From positions 160,001-224,000 of the forward strand of contig JBMNFL010000001.1 in assembly GCA_050949315.1 (NCBI GenBank): DNA of 64,000 nt. Direction: 5' to 3'. Shown here piece after piece: positions 47,801 through 54,620 of this stretch. Positions within the stretch are counted from its first letter, which is position 1. Every line of letters begins with the position of its first letter. Origin of the DNA: Bacilli bacterium (GTDB taxonomy: Bacteria > Bacillota_I > Bacilli_A > RFN20 > UBA1709). The notes under the pieces were generated by a model, which did no database searches, had not been told where the DNA came from, and saw only the letters and a program-made list of their open reading frames with translations. The position numbers and the translations under genes are program-made.

Positions 47801-50657
47801 CGATACACAACCATGGAGCCCAGCCTATGATCCGGCTGAACAATTAACAGGGCCCAAAACAATTAGTGCTAATATAGTTATTGATCCGGATCAATGGGTT
47901 ACTATTGAGTTTAAGGCAGGACCCAATTCAAGTGTGGATACCACTCAATTTACGGTGATTAAGAATCATTCCTTTAAGGGTGCAAATCAACCAAGTGTTA
48001 ACCCACCAAAGATTAATCCAGATGAAGGCTATAAGAATATGGATGATCCGGCTGATGATTGGAGTCCAAAATTTGAAGCGGATGGACAGGTTTCTGGTCC
48101 CCAAACATTTACCGCCCAAGTTGAAGTAGATAGCGGTTCAACCTATAAATATACCGTTAACTACTTAGAACAAGGTGAAGATGGGAACACCGTGCGTACT
48201 GCTAAGACTGGATACCATGAGGTAGGAACCTTAGACTTAGGTTCACATCCAACTATTGCCGGTTATAATTGTGTAACAGGTACTACGATGACAATTACAG
48301 CAGATTCATCCTTAAACGTCTTAAATGTTTATTATGAAAAGAATCCCGCCCAGTGGACAAAGTTGACTGTAGTGGTTGGCAATAAAGGAACCAATCCTAG
48401 CACCACAGAATATGATGTAATTAAGAATCATCCATTAGGTGGAGATAATCAACCAAAGATCACTTTCCCAAGTGTCACTGCTGTTGCTGGTTACAAAGTT
48501 CACGATACACAACCGTGGAGCCCGGCCTATGATTCGACTGAACAATTAACAGGGCCCAAGACAATTAATGCTAATATAGTTGAAGATCCCGATCAATGGA
48601 CAAAGTTAACTGTAGTGGTTGGCAATAAAGGAACCAATCCTAGCACAACAGAATACAATGTAATTAAGAATCATCGGCTAGATGGGGCTAATCAACCAAA
48701 GATTACCTTCCCAACAAATGTAACTGCTGTTGCTGGTTATAAAGTTCACGATACACAACCATGGAGCCCAGCCTATAATGCAACTGAAGTTTTAACAGGA
48801 CCTAAAGAGATTCATGCTAATATAGTTGTTAATCCAGGTCAATGGGTTACTATTAAATTTGTGGCTGGAGAAAATTCAACGGTAACTACCACTGAATTTT
48901 CGGTGATTAAGAATCTTTCCTTTGAGGGAGCAAATCAACCAAGTGTTAATCCACCAACGATTAATCCAGCGGCTGGTTATAAGATAACAAATAATCCGGC
49001 CCAAGATTGGGATCCTGGATTTACAGCTGATATGCAGGTTTCTGAACCTCAAACATTTACTGCTAAAGTGGTTTTAGATCCGGATCAATGGCGTAATGTA
49101 ATTGTTAAACATATTGGTCAAGATTTAAGTGGTAATTATACGGTGACATTAAAGACGGAACCTACAGTTAACGTAGTAATTGGTAGTGAAGTAAATCTTA
49201 CTTCTGATAGCTTTACAGGCTTTACTTATGATACATCAAATCCTGCTACCTATACAGTAACTGATGGCGCCTCTCCTCAAACAGTAAATATTAATTATTC
49301 TAGAAATAAACACACTATTACCTTTGATCCTACTGATGGCTCTCCAACTCCAAATGCCATGACTGATGTGTATTATGATCAAGGTGTTTTAAACAGTTTA
49401 GTTGTAAGTCCAGCTCCCACAAGGACTGGTTATACATTAGATGGTTGGACTATTAATGATACAGGAACAAAATTAACAGCGGCTTATAAGATGCCAGATG
49501 AAAATATTACTTTAAAAGCCATTTGGAAAGCTAAAACTTATAAAGTAATATTCCATAGTAATTATGGTGATGGTACTGATAATACTACAGAACAAACGAT
49601 AACTTATGATGTACCTACACGTCTAGATCAAAATTCATTTAATAAAACAGGCTATGGATTTACAGGGTGGGCCACTACGGCTACTGGTGATAAGGAATAT
49701 GATGACAATCATCGCGTAACAAACTTGTCAACAGGCGAGGATTATGACCTGTATGCAGTATGGGAGTTTCTAGGTTACGATGTAACACTCAATCTTAATG
49801 GTGGCAGTATTGCTGGCGAAGCTGGGGATCCAGTAATAAAACAAGTTAAAGAATTCCCATATACGTTGCCTAATGCAACTAAGTACATAAGTGATAATAC
49901 ATACTATGAATTCTTAGGCTGGTATAACACAAACGATACTACTGGAACTAGGTATACAATTTTGACAGATCCTCAAAAATATACTCTGTATGCCATATGG
50001 GGTAATGTGGTTTATCACGTTGGAGAATATCCACAAACCAAAGTTACTGATGCTACTTTAATAACTGCATTAAATGGTTGTGAAGTAACAACTTCACAGC
50101 AAACAGTAGCTACATCAAAACCAGGTTATTCTCACTTAGAAGAATGGTATACCGTTGAATACGGTGGTAATAAATATGAAAAAGTAGGGGATGACTACTT
50201 TAAATACGAACCTATAGTATGTTATAAACTATCAAACGGATTGTATTATTCTAAATATGTTATAGATTCACAAGTCTTTGACTATGACTACGGCAACACA
50301 AAAGATTATAATAACAGTTATGTTAAGAGATATCTTGAAAATGTGTTTAAAGTAAAAGCAGGACTATCTTCAGCAAGACTATTTTCAAAACCGGAATTAT
50401 TGAATTCATCAGACTTTCCAGATCCTGATGCAAGAAAAGCAACCCAAACGGATTATGCAAATGCAGCATGGTACGGCTATAGAAGTAAAATAACAGAGTG
50501 GAGCACTGTTTATCATAGTGTATACAACTATTGGACAAGTACTGGGAGCTCATATTATTCCAATGGTGTGTGTTCTATCTATTCTGACGGTGGTATTGAT
50601 GATGGTTATTATGGCACCGGCCATTCATTAGGCTTACGGGTAATAGTAAGTGCTTAA
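41886..50657 (+). CDS. Giant repetitive surface protein, main fragment: InlB B-repeat (Flg_new)/MucBP-like stalk with C-terminal CLec-like domain
   Basis: Repeated F..NGG.G...F.K.GY.F.GW....LYA.W domains, MucBP-like units, tandem ~80-aa repeats. C-terminus YWTST...G...GLRVIVSA; no LPXTG motif. Confidence 0.9.
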   Translation: MYKTDRHFNDGFLCFADSENEEPISKYLSVDNIKDYQDLYFVNPKNTTGTIEIVYVVNGTDRIIHVEERKKGLNELESYTPDLSALGVQGYKLSDSAPSSLVYDFNKKVVRYVEMDNEKWATVTIDYDNGAPLQTIPVLKGDVVAHPGVIPTKESVDQNTTYRFLGFQKEGEAGKYNFDDVVESSFKLKATHEKQEGVDVLDNDPSYVKVTIKYVDVDDSSNPLYSTDIRREKNTVESFDIHYLTGYSPVDSFTNNQVEVTFDSDKVIEIKLKKENNIIVAFDFDNGQKTYANFSVGDKVILPTQTPEKPKIGNKTFTFKYWSLDGENKFDEETMLTRNIELIAVYEVTTSTEENGSIKIVFKDVDTNEDIQNPMLKEGLLNSFESIIIPEVDGYVFDGTEELIAVQYTTPTRVYVLSYKKLAVIEENESRIIFKFVDVDRIRLLHVEEIVGEIGTSREYTNTFTKEGYELVDPSQTSINVTFESESKIIKINYKIKEAGSYTIIFNSNGGRGNIPNIVADEDQEVTLTKNVFTKDGYKFIGWSLTADGEVVHADEAKVTNLTTGTNVTLYAKWEANKYTIKFNNNSGTGSMESIEATYDKNITLTKNSFTKSGFNFGGWSRDGSSEAEFYDEDEVKNLTTQTEVTLYAVWINIGLVNYTEEIYLEKIDSPVDKVDYTVADFLLDSDKTKVYQGLADAIATAKTTSLEGFAIKDELSIKTGTIKADGSLVLKLYFVRNRGNVNYQFDSGSHQVRLKYGDTITKHFSDLDPQIQKPNFKVAGWTCNGADYSFGETMGLDDITLKAKYQRNKWQVRFNCKVEEVDGSFVDRAVSDNNFYASSASVSYTYNVAGFEVETFYYTVPMAYSSEDEIIDVTVGADKNINRKSVNVKYELEGVGALTSGSLPATTRYKYEEEVTLPTGLAATGYNFAGFFKGAQQVSGSFSISVADCNEPTGTVVIKVRFSEFESVPYDIVYYKELGNVDAKIDESTYSKDTHFTQSDSTTLTATIDSQVTLDISTPEFMNKYAGFTPKNLSISVHSGTAGKGADRLTLEVFYVRDRHKVLFDLDGGSSGIEELEYTYKYEDVISNHFATDLPTKENYAFKHFTDISGSGAFAFGTAQMANEDINLKAIYERNKWKITYSYQEELVNGTYSQTKYVTSTEFYSKSDTFNETLTKAGFTSVNISIQIPADYSDFTNDTYSHDTIYKLNRKTVELKFVDGEPLVPFTTGSLPQDTVYKFGQTYNLPVLAKEGYTFDGYKSSVTSTYYTAGNYVVGLTDVESASITFTAEFTALPLDRGITLQYQYQKGPGDWVTIDTETLAGYDNETRTVTLKEFDEFDLVGAATLEVVFDQASKTQRVEVKKDATKWTKITFKAGPNSSVETTEFEVVIDRPFNGLHQPTINPPKINPDEGYKNMDDPADNWSPKFEADGQVSGPQTFTAQVQVDSDSTYKYTVNYLEQGEDGNTVRTAKTGYHEVGTLDLGSHPTIAGYNCVTGTTTLTITTNPASNVLNVYYEKNPAQWTKLTVVVGNKGTNPSTTEYDVIKNHPLGGDNQPKITFPTSVTAVAGYKVHNTQPWSPAYDPNEELTGPKVINANIVEDPDQWTTLTFVIGDKATASGTLKYDVIKGISLSGANQPKITLPTITSVAAGYKVHDTKPWDPAYNSTEVLTGPKTINANIVVDPDQWVDIEFVAGPNSTVTKTQFKVIKNLSFEGANQPSVNPPEISPATGYKKMDSLADYWSPKFEADGQVSGPQTFTARVQVDKDQKFSYTVNYLEQGNDSNVLHVPMTTGTHHVGTLDLGSHPTIAGYNCVTGTTMTITADSSLNVLNVYYEKNPAQWTKLTVVVGNKGTNPSTTEYDVIKNHPLGGDNQPKITFPSVTAVAGYKVHDTQPWSPAYDSTEQLTGPKTINANIVEDPDQWTKLTVVVGNKGTNPSTTEYNVIKNHRLDGANQPKITFPTNVTAVAGYKVHDTQPWSPAYDPAEQLTGPKTISANIVIDPDQWVTIEFKAGPNSSVDTTQFTVIKNHSFKGANQPSVNPPKINPDEGYKNMDDPADDWSPKFEADGQVSGPQTFTAQVEVDSGSTYKYTVNYLEQGEDGNTVRTAKTGYHEVGTLDLGSHPTIAGYNCVTGTTMTITADSSLNVLNVYYEKNPAQWTKLTVVVGNKGTNPSTTEYDVIKNHPLGGDNQPKITFPSVTAVAGYKVHDTQPWSPAYDSTEQLTGPKTINANIVEDPDQWTKLTVVVGNKGTNPSTTEYNVIKNHRLDGANQPKITFPTNVTAVAGYKVHDTQPWSPAYNATEVLTGPKEIHANIVVNPGQWVTIKFVAGENSTVTTTEFSVIKNLSFEGANQPSVNPPTINPAAGYKITNNPAQDWDPGFTADMQVSEPQTFTAKVVLDPDQWRNVIVKHIGQDLSGNYTVTLKTEPTVNVVIGSEVNLTSDSFTGFTYDTSNPATYTVTDGASPQTVNINYSRNKHTITFDPTDGSPTPNAMTDVYYDQGVLNSLVVSPAPTRTGYTLDGWTINDTGTKLTAAYKMPDENITLKAIWKAKTYKVIFHSNYGDGTDNTTEQTITYDVPTRLDQNSFNKTGYGFTGWATTATGDKEYDDNHRVTNLSTGEDYDLYAVWEFLGYDVTLNLNGGSIAGEAGDPVIKQVKEFPYTLPNATKYISDNTYYEFLGWYNTNDTTGTRYTILTDPQKYTLYAIWGNVVYHVGEYPQTKVTDATLITALNGCEVTTSQQTVATSKPGYSHLEEWYTVEYGGNKYEKVGDDYFKYEPIVCYKLSNGLYYSKYVIDSQVFDYDYGNTKDYNNSYVKRYLENVFKVKAGLSSARLFSKPELLNSSDFPDPDARKATQTDYANAAWYGYRSKITEWSTVYHSVYNYWTSTGSSYYSNGVCSIYSDGGIDDGYYGTGHSLGLRVIVSA
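45985..49090 (+). repeat. Coding tandem super-repeat: about 3 x 950 bp (A-B-C-C) plus one extra A domain
   Basis: 46098-46381 is nearly identical to 48003-48286; 47274-47828 is nearly identical to 48222-48776. Confidence 0.92.
50529..50657 (+). other. Candidate DGR variable region (VR)
   Basis: CLec-type terminal motif; 24 of 26 codons in 50547-50624 end in T/C and none encodes K/E/Q/W/M. Confidence 0.62.
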
Positions 50658-50685
50658 AACCATGTCAATAAAATCGGAAATTAAA

Positions 50686-50731
50686 CCCATCAATACAAAT
50701 CACAACGTCTTTTGGCGTTGTGATTGATGGG
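50686..50731 (+). other. Stem-loop downstream of the giant gene (DGR target hairpin and/or terminator)
   Basis: AATCACAACGTC-TTTT-GGCGTTGTGATT, extendable by CCCATCA/TGATGGG; no T-run follows on the + strand. Confidence 0.6.
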
Positions 50732-50934
50732 GGAATAAAAACAAAGAATGATTGCTGCTCTCAAAATAAGAGAGTATAAATTCAGTTTAATCTCTGACAT
50801 AGGGAAATTGATTATCTATGTGTTTTTGTGTTAAAAACTTTATAATAAAAACATTGCCTAAACCTTTGATTTATTGATGTTTAAATTCTTTTTTGGTTGC
50901 ATTAAGGGGTACTATCAATTATAATTAAGACCGT

Positions 50935-51133
50935 AAAACGTTGATGGGACTTAAGTATTGCCAGAACAGGGATAGATAGTGAGTGAGAATATCTAAAAGG
51001 CCAAGAAATTCACCCCGGAGTGCTACTAATACTAGCCGTTAACCGCGTTAAGGTAATTAAGAGCATAGACGCTGTCTATGAAGTAGGATGGTACCGCGAG
51101 CAATCGTTCCTAGTTTATTAGGAACTTTTTTCT
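50935..51133 (+). promoter_or_regulatory. T-box riboswitch (Phe)
   Basis: Probable specifier TTC at 51009-51011, T-box AGGATGGTACCGCG at 51085-51098, terminator GTTCCTAG...TAGGAAC plus T-run. Confidence 0.93.
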
Positions 51134-51151
51134 TTAAAAGGAGTAGATGCT

Positions 51152-52180
51152 ATGTTAGAACTGCAATTAGAAGAAATGCTTAAAGAGATTGAAAAAGCAA
51201 GTGATTTAAGGGAACTTAATGATTTAAGGGTAAAGTTATTAGGCCGTAAAAGTGCTTTGCAACAGGCCCTAGGTCAAATGGGTAAAATGCCGGCTGCTGA
51301 ACGAGCCTCTTTTGGTCAAAAAATCAACGAGCTTAAGAAAAAATTAACTGATGAAATTAATAAGCGCCAAGAAGTCTTAGAAGATGTAGCTCTTAAAGAA
51401 AAACTAGAAAGCGAAGAGATTGATCTCAGTCTACCGGGTTATGAAAAAGATGTCGGATCTAAGGCTATTATTAAGGCGGTTATTGATGAAATAACCGATG
51501 TCTTAATTGGTATGGGCTATGTGGTTGAAGAAGGTCCAGAAATTGAAAATGATCACTTTAACTTTGAGATGTTAAATGTTCCTAAAGATCATCCAGCCCG
51601 CGATATGCAGGATAGTTTTTATTTGAGTGATACCCTATTACTGAGAACCCAAACTTCGCCAGTCCAGGCAAGAACGATGCTAGAGTGTCAAGGACAAGGT
51701 CCGATTAAAATGATTTGCCCGGGCAAGGTTTATCGCCGTGATGATGACGATGCGACTCATTCGCATCAGTTTACCCAGATTGAGGGTTTAGTGGTCGATA
51801 AGAATATCACGATGGGTGATTTAAAGGGTACTCTAGAGTTATTGGCTAAATGGATGTTTGGACCGAAAAGAGAGATCCGTTTCCGCTCATCTTTCTTCCC
51901 CTTTACCGAACCATCGGTGGAAGTTGATGTCTCTTGTTTTAACTGTGACGGGAAAGGTTGCAATATTTGTAAGGGCACGGGTTGGATTGAAATCTTAGGT
52001 GCTGGCGTGGTGCATCCTAATGTTTTAAAGATGAGTGGCTTTGATCCTGAAGTCTATACCGGCTTTGCTTTTGGGATTGGGGTAGAAAGAATTGCCATGT
52101 TGAAATATGGCATTGATGACATCCGCTATCTTTACATGAATGATAAGAGAATTGCCAAGCAGTTCGTTAAGGAAGGTTAG
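51152..52180 (+). CDS. pheS: Phenylalanine--tRNA ligase alpha subunit
   Basis: [31 protein letters not shown]. Confidence 0.99.
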   Translation: MLELQLEEMLKEIEKASDLRELNDLRVKLLGRKSALQQALGQMGKMPAAERASFGQKINELKKKLTDEINKRQEVLEDVALKEKLESEEIDLSLPGYEKDVGSKAIIKAVIDEITDVLIGMGYVVEEGPEIENDHFNFEMLNVPKDHPARDMQDSFYLSDTLLLRTQTSPVQARTMLECQGQGPIKMICPGKVYRRDDDDATHSHQFTQIEGLVVDKNITMGDLKGTLELLAKWMFGPKREIRFRSSFFPFTEPSVEVDVSCFNCDGKGCNICKGTGWIEILGAGVVHPNVLKMSGFDPEVYTGFAFGIGVERIAMLKYGIDDIRYLYMNDKRIAKQFVKEG

Positions 52181-52188
52181 GTGTTCTT

Positions 52189-54591
52189 ATGGATATTAGT
52201 TTAAAATGGCTAAGTCAATATATTGATATCAGTGCTTATGAGCCCACTGATTTAGCTGAAAAGATTACCATCGCTGGGGTAGAAGTAGAACGCATAAAAT
52301 ATCTAGCTCAGGGCAGTAAACTGGTCATTGGGGAAGTTATAAGCTGTGAAAAACACCCAGATTCTGACCACCTACATGTTTGCCAAGTGGATATTGGGAG
52401 CGAGATTTTACAAATTGTCTGTGGGGCAGCTAATGTCAAAGCTAAACAAAAAGTTATCGTTAGTAAGGTTGGAGCTTATTTGCCGGCCGTTAATTTAACA
52501 ATAAAAAAAGGTAATATTCGCGGGGTTGAGTCTAATGGCATGATCTGTTCCTTATTAGAACTTGGTGTTGATAAGAAATTCTTAAATGAAGAACAAATTG
52601 CCGGTATTGAAGAACTTGATCCTTTAGCACCCGTAGGTAATGAGGATCCCTTAGGCTATCTAGGCCTTGATGATGTGATCTTTGAATTAAAACCCACCCC
52701 TAATCGTGGTGATGTGCTTTCGCTTCTATCTTTTGCCTATGAAGTGGGGGCTATCTTGGGTCTAAAAGTTAAGGATAAAATAGAGGTAAAATTACCAAAA
52801 CTAGCAAAAAGCTCATATACAGTAGGTCAAGGTAGTCCAAAATGCCCCTCTTTTGCCATCAAGGGTGTCAGTGGGGTAGTGATTAAAGAAAGTCCAAAGT
52901 GGTTACAGAATATTTTACGCAGTTCTGGCTTAAGATCGATCAATAATGTGGTGGATATCGGTAACTACGTCATGCTTTTGTTAGGTCAACCCCTACATAT
53001 GTACGATGCTAAAAAATTAGCCAGTAGACACTTTGTGGTGAAAGATAATCTTGCTGGTGATTTCTTAGCCTTAGATGAGCAAAAATATAAGTTAGAAGTC
53101 GGTGATTTAATTGTCACCAATGCTGATAGATTTAGTTGTCTTGCTGGCGTGATGGGGGCTTATGAAACCATGATTGATGAAAATACTACGGATTTAGCGA
53201 TTGAAGCCGCTTTATTTGATGGCATAAGTGTTCGCCGCACCAGTCAGCGTTTGCAACTAAACTCGGATTCCAGCACCTATTTTATTCGTGGTGTGGATGA
53301 GACTAGGGCCCTACTAGCTTTAGATCTTGCCGCCTCTTTACTAGTAGAATATGCTGAGGCTAAACTTGTTGAAGAGACGAGCAGTTATGCTGCAGTAGCC
53401 GTTACTAAGGAAGCGATAAAGTTAAGTGTAGAAAAGGTAAATAAGGTTTTAGGTACGAGCTTTACGGCTAGTGAAATTGCTTCGGTTTTTAAGCGTTTAA
53501 ATTTTGCTTATAAACTTGAGGCCTCAGTCTTCAGTGTTGTACCGCCTAATTATCGTAAAGATATCCAAATTGCCGAAGATTTGATTGAAGAAATCATTCG
53601 CTTACTGGGTTTTGAACACTTAAAAAGCACATATCCGGTTACCGAAAATGTGGGCTATTTAAGTATGGAGCAAAAAAAGCGCAGGCTTATTCGCGACTAT
53701 CTTTTAGCTCAGGGTTTAGATGAGGCCTTGTCTTATAGTCTAATTAGCCCTAAATATAGTGAAGACTTTGCGGTTTTAAGTGCTAGTAAGGGTGAAAGTG
53801 TTAAGTTGTTGCATCCCTTAACTGAGGAGCATTCTATAATGCGCAAAACACTAGTTCCTTCGCTTTTGTTAGCCAGTAACTATAATCACTATCACAAAGA
53901 AGATGATTTAGCTATCTTTGAACTTTCTAAAGTCTATAACAGTAAGGAAGAAGTTGAACATCTAGCCATCTTATTAAGTGGCAATATCACTAGTCTAAGT
54001 TGGCTTTCTTCTAAGCAAGAAAGTGTCAATTACTATCATCTTAAGGGTTTAGTAAGTGGCTTGTTAAAGAAGCTAGGTATTGAGCCAAGTCGCTATCAAC
54101 TCGTGCGGGTTAGTAAAGATGATCCTTATTATCATTTTGGAAGGGCGGCCCTAATTAAGACGGGTTCTAAAGTTTGGGGCGTCTTAGGTGAAGTACATCC
54201 GCGCATGCTTAAGAAATACGATGTTTTAAAGACGGTAGTTTGCGAACTTGATTTAAGCTATCTTTATCAGTTAAAGAGTTCACCTGTGCGCTTTGTTAGT
54301 CCAAGTCTTTATCCAGCAGTTGTGCGTGATATCGCCTTAGTGGTAGCTAAAAAGGTTGAGGCCCAACAACTGATTAAAATCGTGAAAAAGGCTGGTAAAA
54401 GCTTAGTTAACGCTTGCCAAGTCTTTGATGTTTACGAGGGCAAGCCGATGGCTGATAGCGATAAGTCTATCGCTTTAAGAATCACTTATCTTGATCAAAA
54501 TAAAACCCTAACTGATAGTGAGGTTAATGCTCTGCATGAAGAGGTATTAAAGGCCCTAGAAAAAGAGGCACAAGCTGTTCTTAGATCATAA
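52189..54591 (+). CDS. pheT: Phenylalanine--tRNA ligase beta subunit
   Basis: QIVCGAAN, SNGMICS, TPNRGD, DLIEEIIRLLG, FDVYEG. Confidence 0.98.
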   Translation: MDISLKWLSQYIDISAYEPTDLAEKITIAGVEVERIKYLAQGSKLVIGEVISCEKHPDSDHLHVCQVDIGSEILQIVCGAANVKAKQKVIVSKVGAYLPAVNLTIKKGNIRGVESNGMICSLLELGVDKKFLNEEQIAGIEELDPLAPVGNEDPLGYLGLDDVIFELKPTPNRGDVLSLLSFAYEVGAILGLKVKDKIEVKLPKLAKSSYTVGQGSPKCPSFAIKGVSGVVIKESPKWLQNILRSSGLRSINNVVDIGNYVMLLLGQPLHMYDAKKLASRHFVVKDNLAGDFLALDEQKYKLEVGDLIVTNADRFSCLAGVMGAYETMIDENTTDLAIEAALFDGISVRRTSQRLQLNSDSSTYFIRGVDETRALLALDLAASLLVEYAEAKLVEETSSYAAVAVTKEAIKLSVEKVNKVLGTSFTASEIASVFKRLNFAYKLEASVFSVVPPNYRKDIQIAEDLIEEIIRLLGFEHLKSTYPVTENVGYLSMEQKKRRLIRDYLLAQGLDEALSYSLISPKYSEDFAVLSASKGESVKLLHPLTEEHSIMRKTLVPSLLLASNYNHYHKEDDLAIFELSKVYNSKEEVEHLAILLSGNITSLSWLSSKQESVNYYHLKGLVSGLLKKLGIEPSRYQLVRVSKDDPYYHFGRAALIKTGSKVWGVLGEVHPRMLKKYDVLKTVVCELDLSYLYQLKSSPVRFVSPSLYPAVVRDIALVVAKKVEAQQLIKIVKKAGKSLVNACQVFDVYEGKPMADSDKSIALRITYLDQNKTLTDSEVNALHEEVLKALEKEAQAVLRS

Positions 54592-54620
54592 AAAAGCCAG
54601 GAATTAATCCTGGTTTTTTT
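54590..54620. terminator. Bidirectional terminator between pheT and jetC
   Basis: AAAAAGCCAGGA-ATTAA-TCCTGGTTTTT. Confidence 0.85.

Larger units (their letters stand above)
40303..50657 (+). pseudogene. IS-interrupted giant surface protein gene (about 3069 aa when restored)
   Basis: Removing 40715-41859 (IS plus one duplication copy) joins ...DGTPVDYF to NVNEDDIQIMYKTD... in frame, giving 9210 nt. Confidence 0.92.

Noticed and set aside
45985-49090. Long near-identical repeats as a possible CRISPR array or DGR TR/VR pair
   Set aside because: They are in-frame coding repeats hundreds of bp long with no spacers, and the mismatches are not adenine-specific.
50658-50935. Possible DGR template repeat or small accessory gene downstream of the giant ORF
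   Set aside because: No AAY-rich copy of the putative VR and no credible ORF seen; the region holds a hairpin and the pheS promoter.
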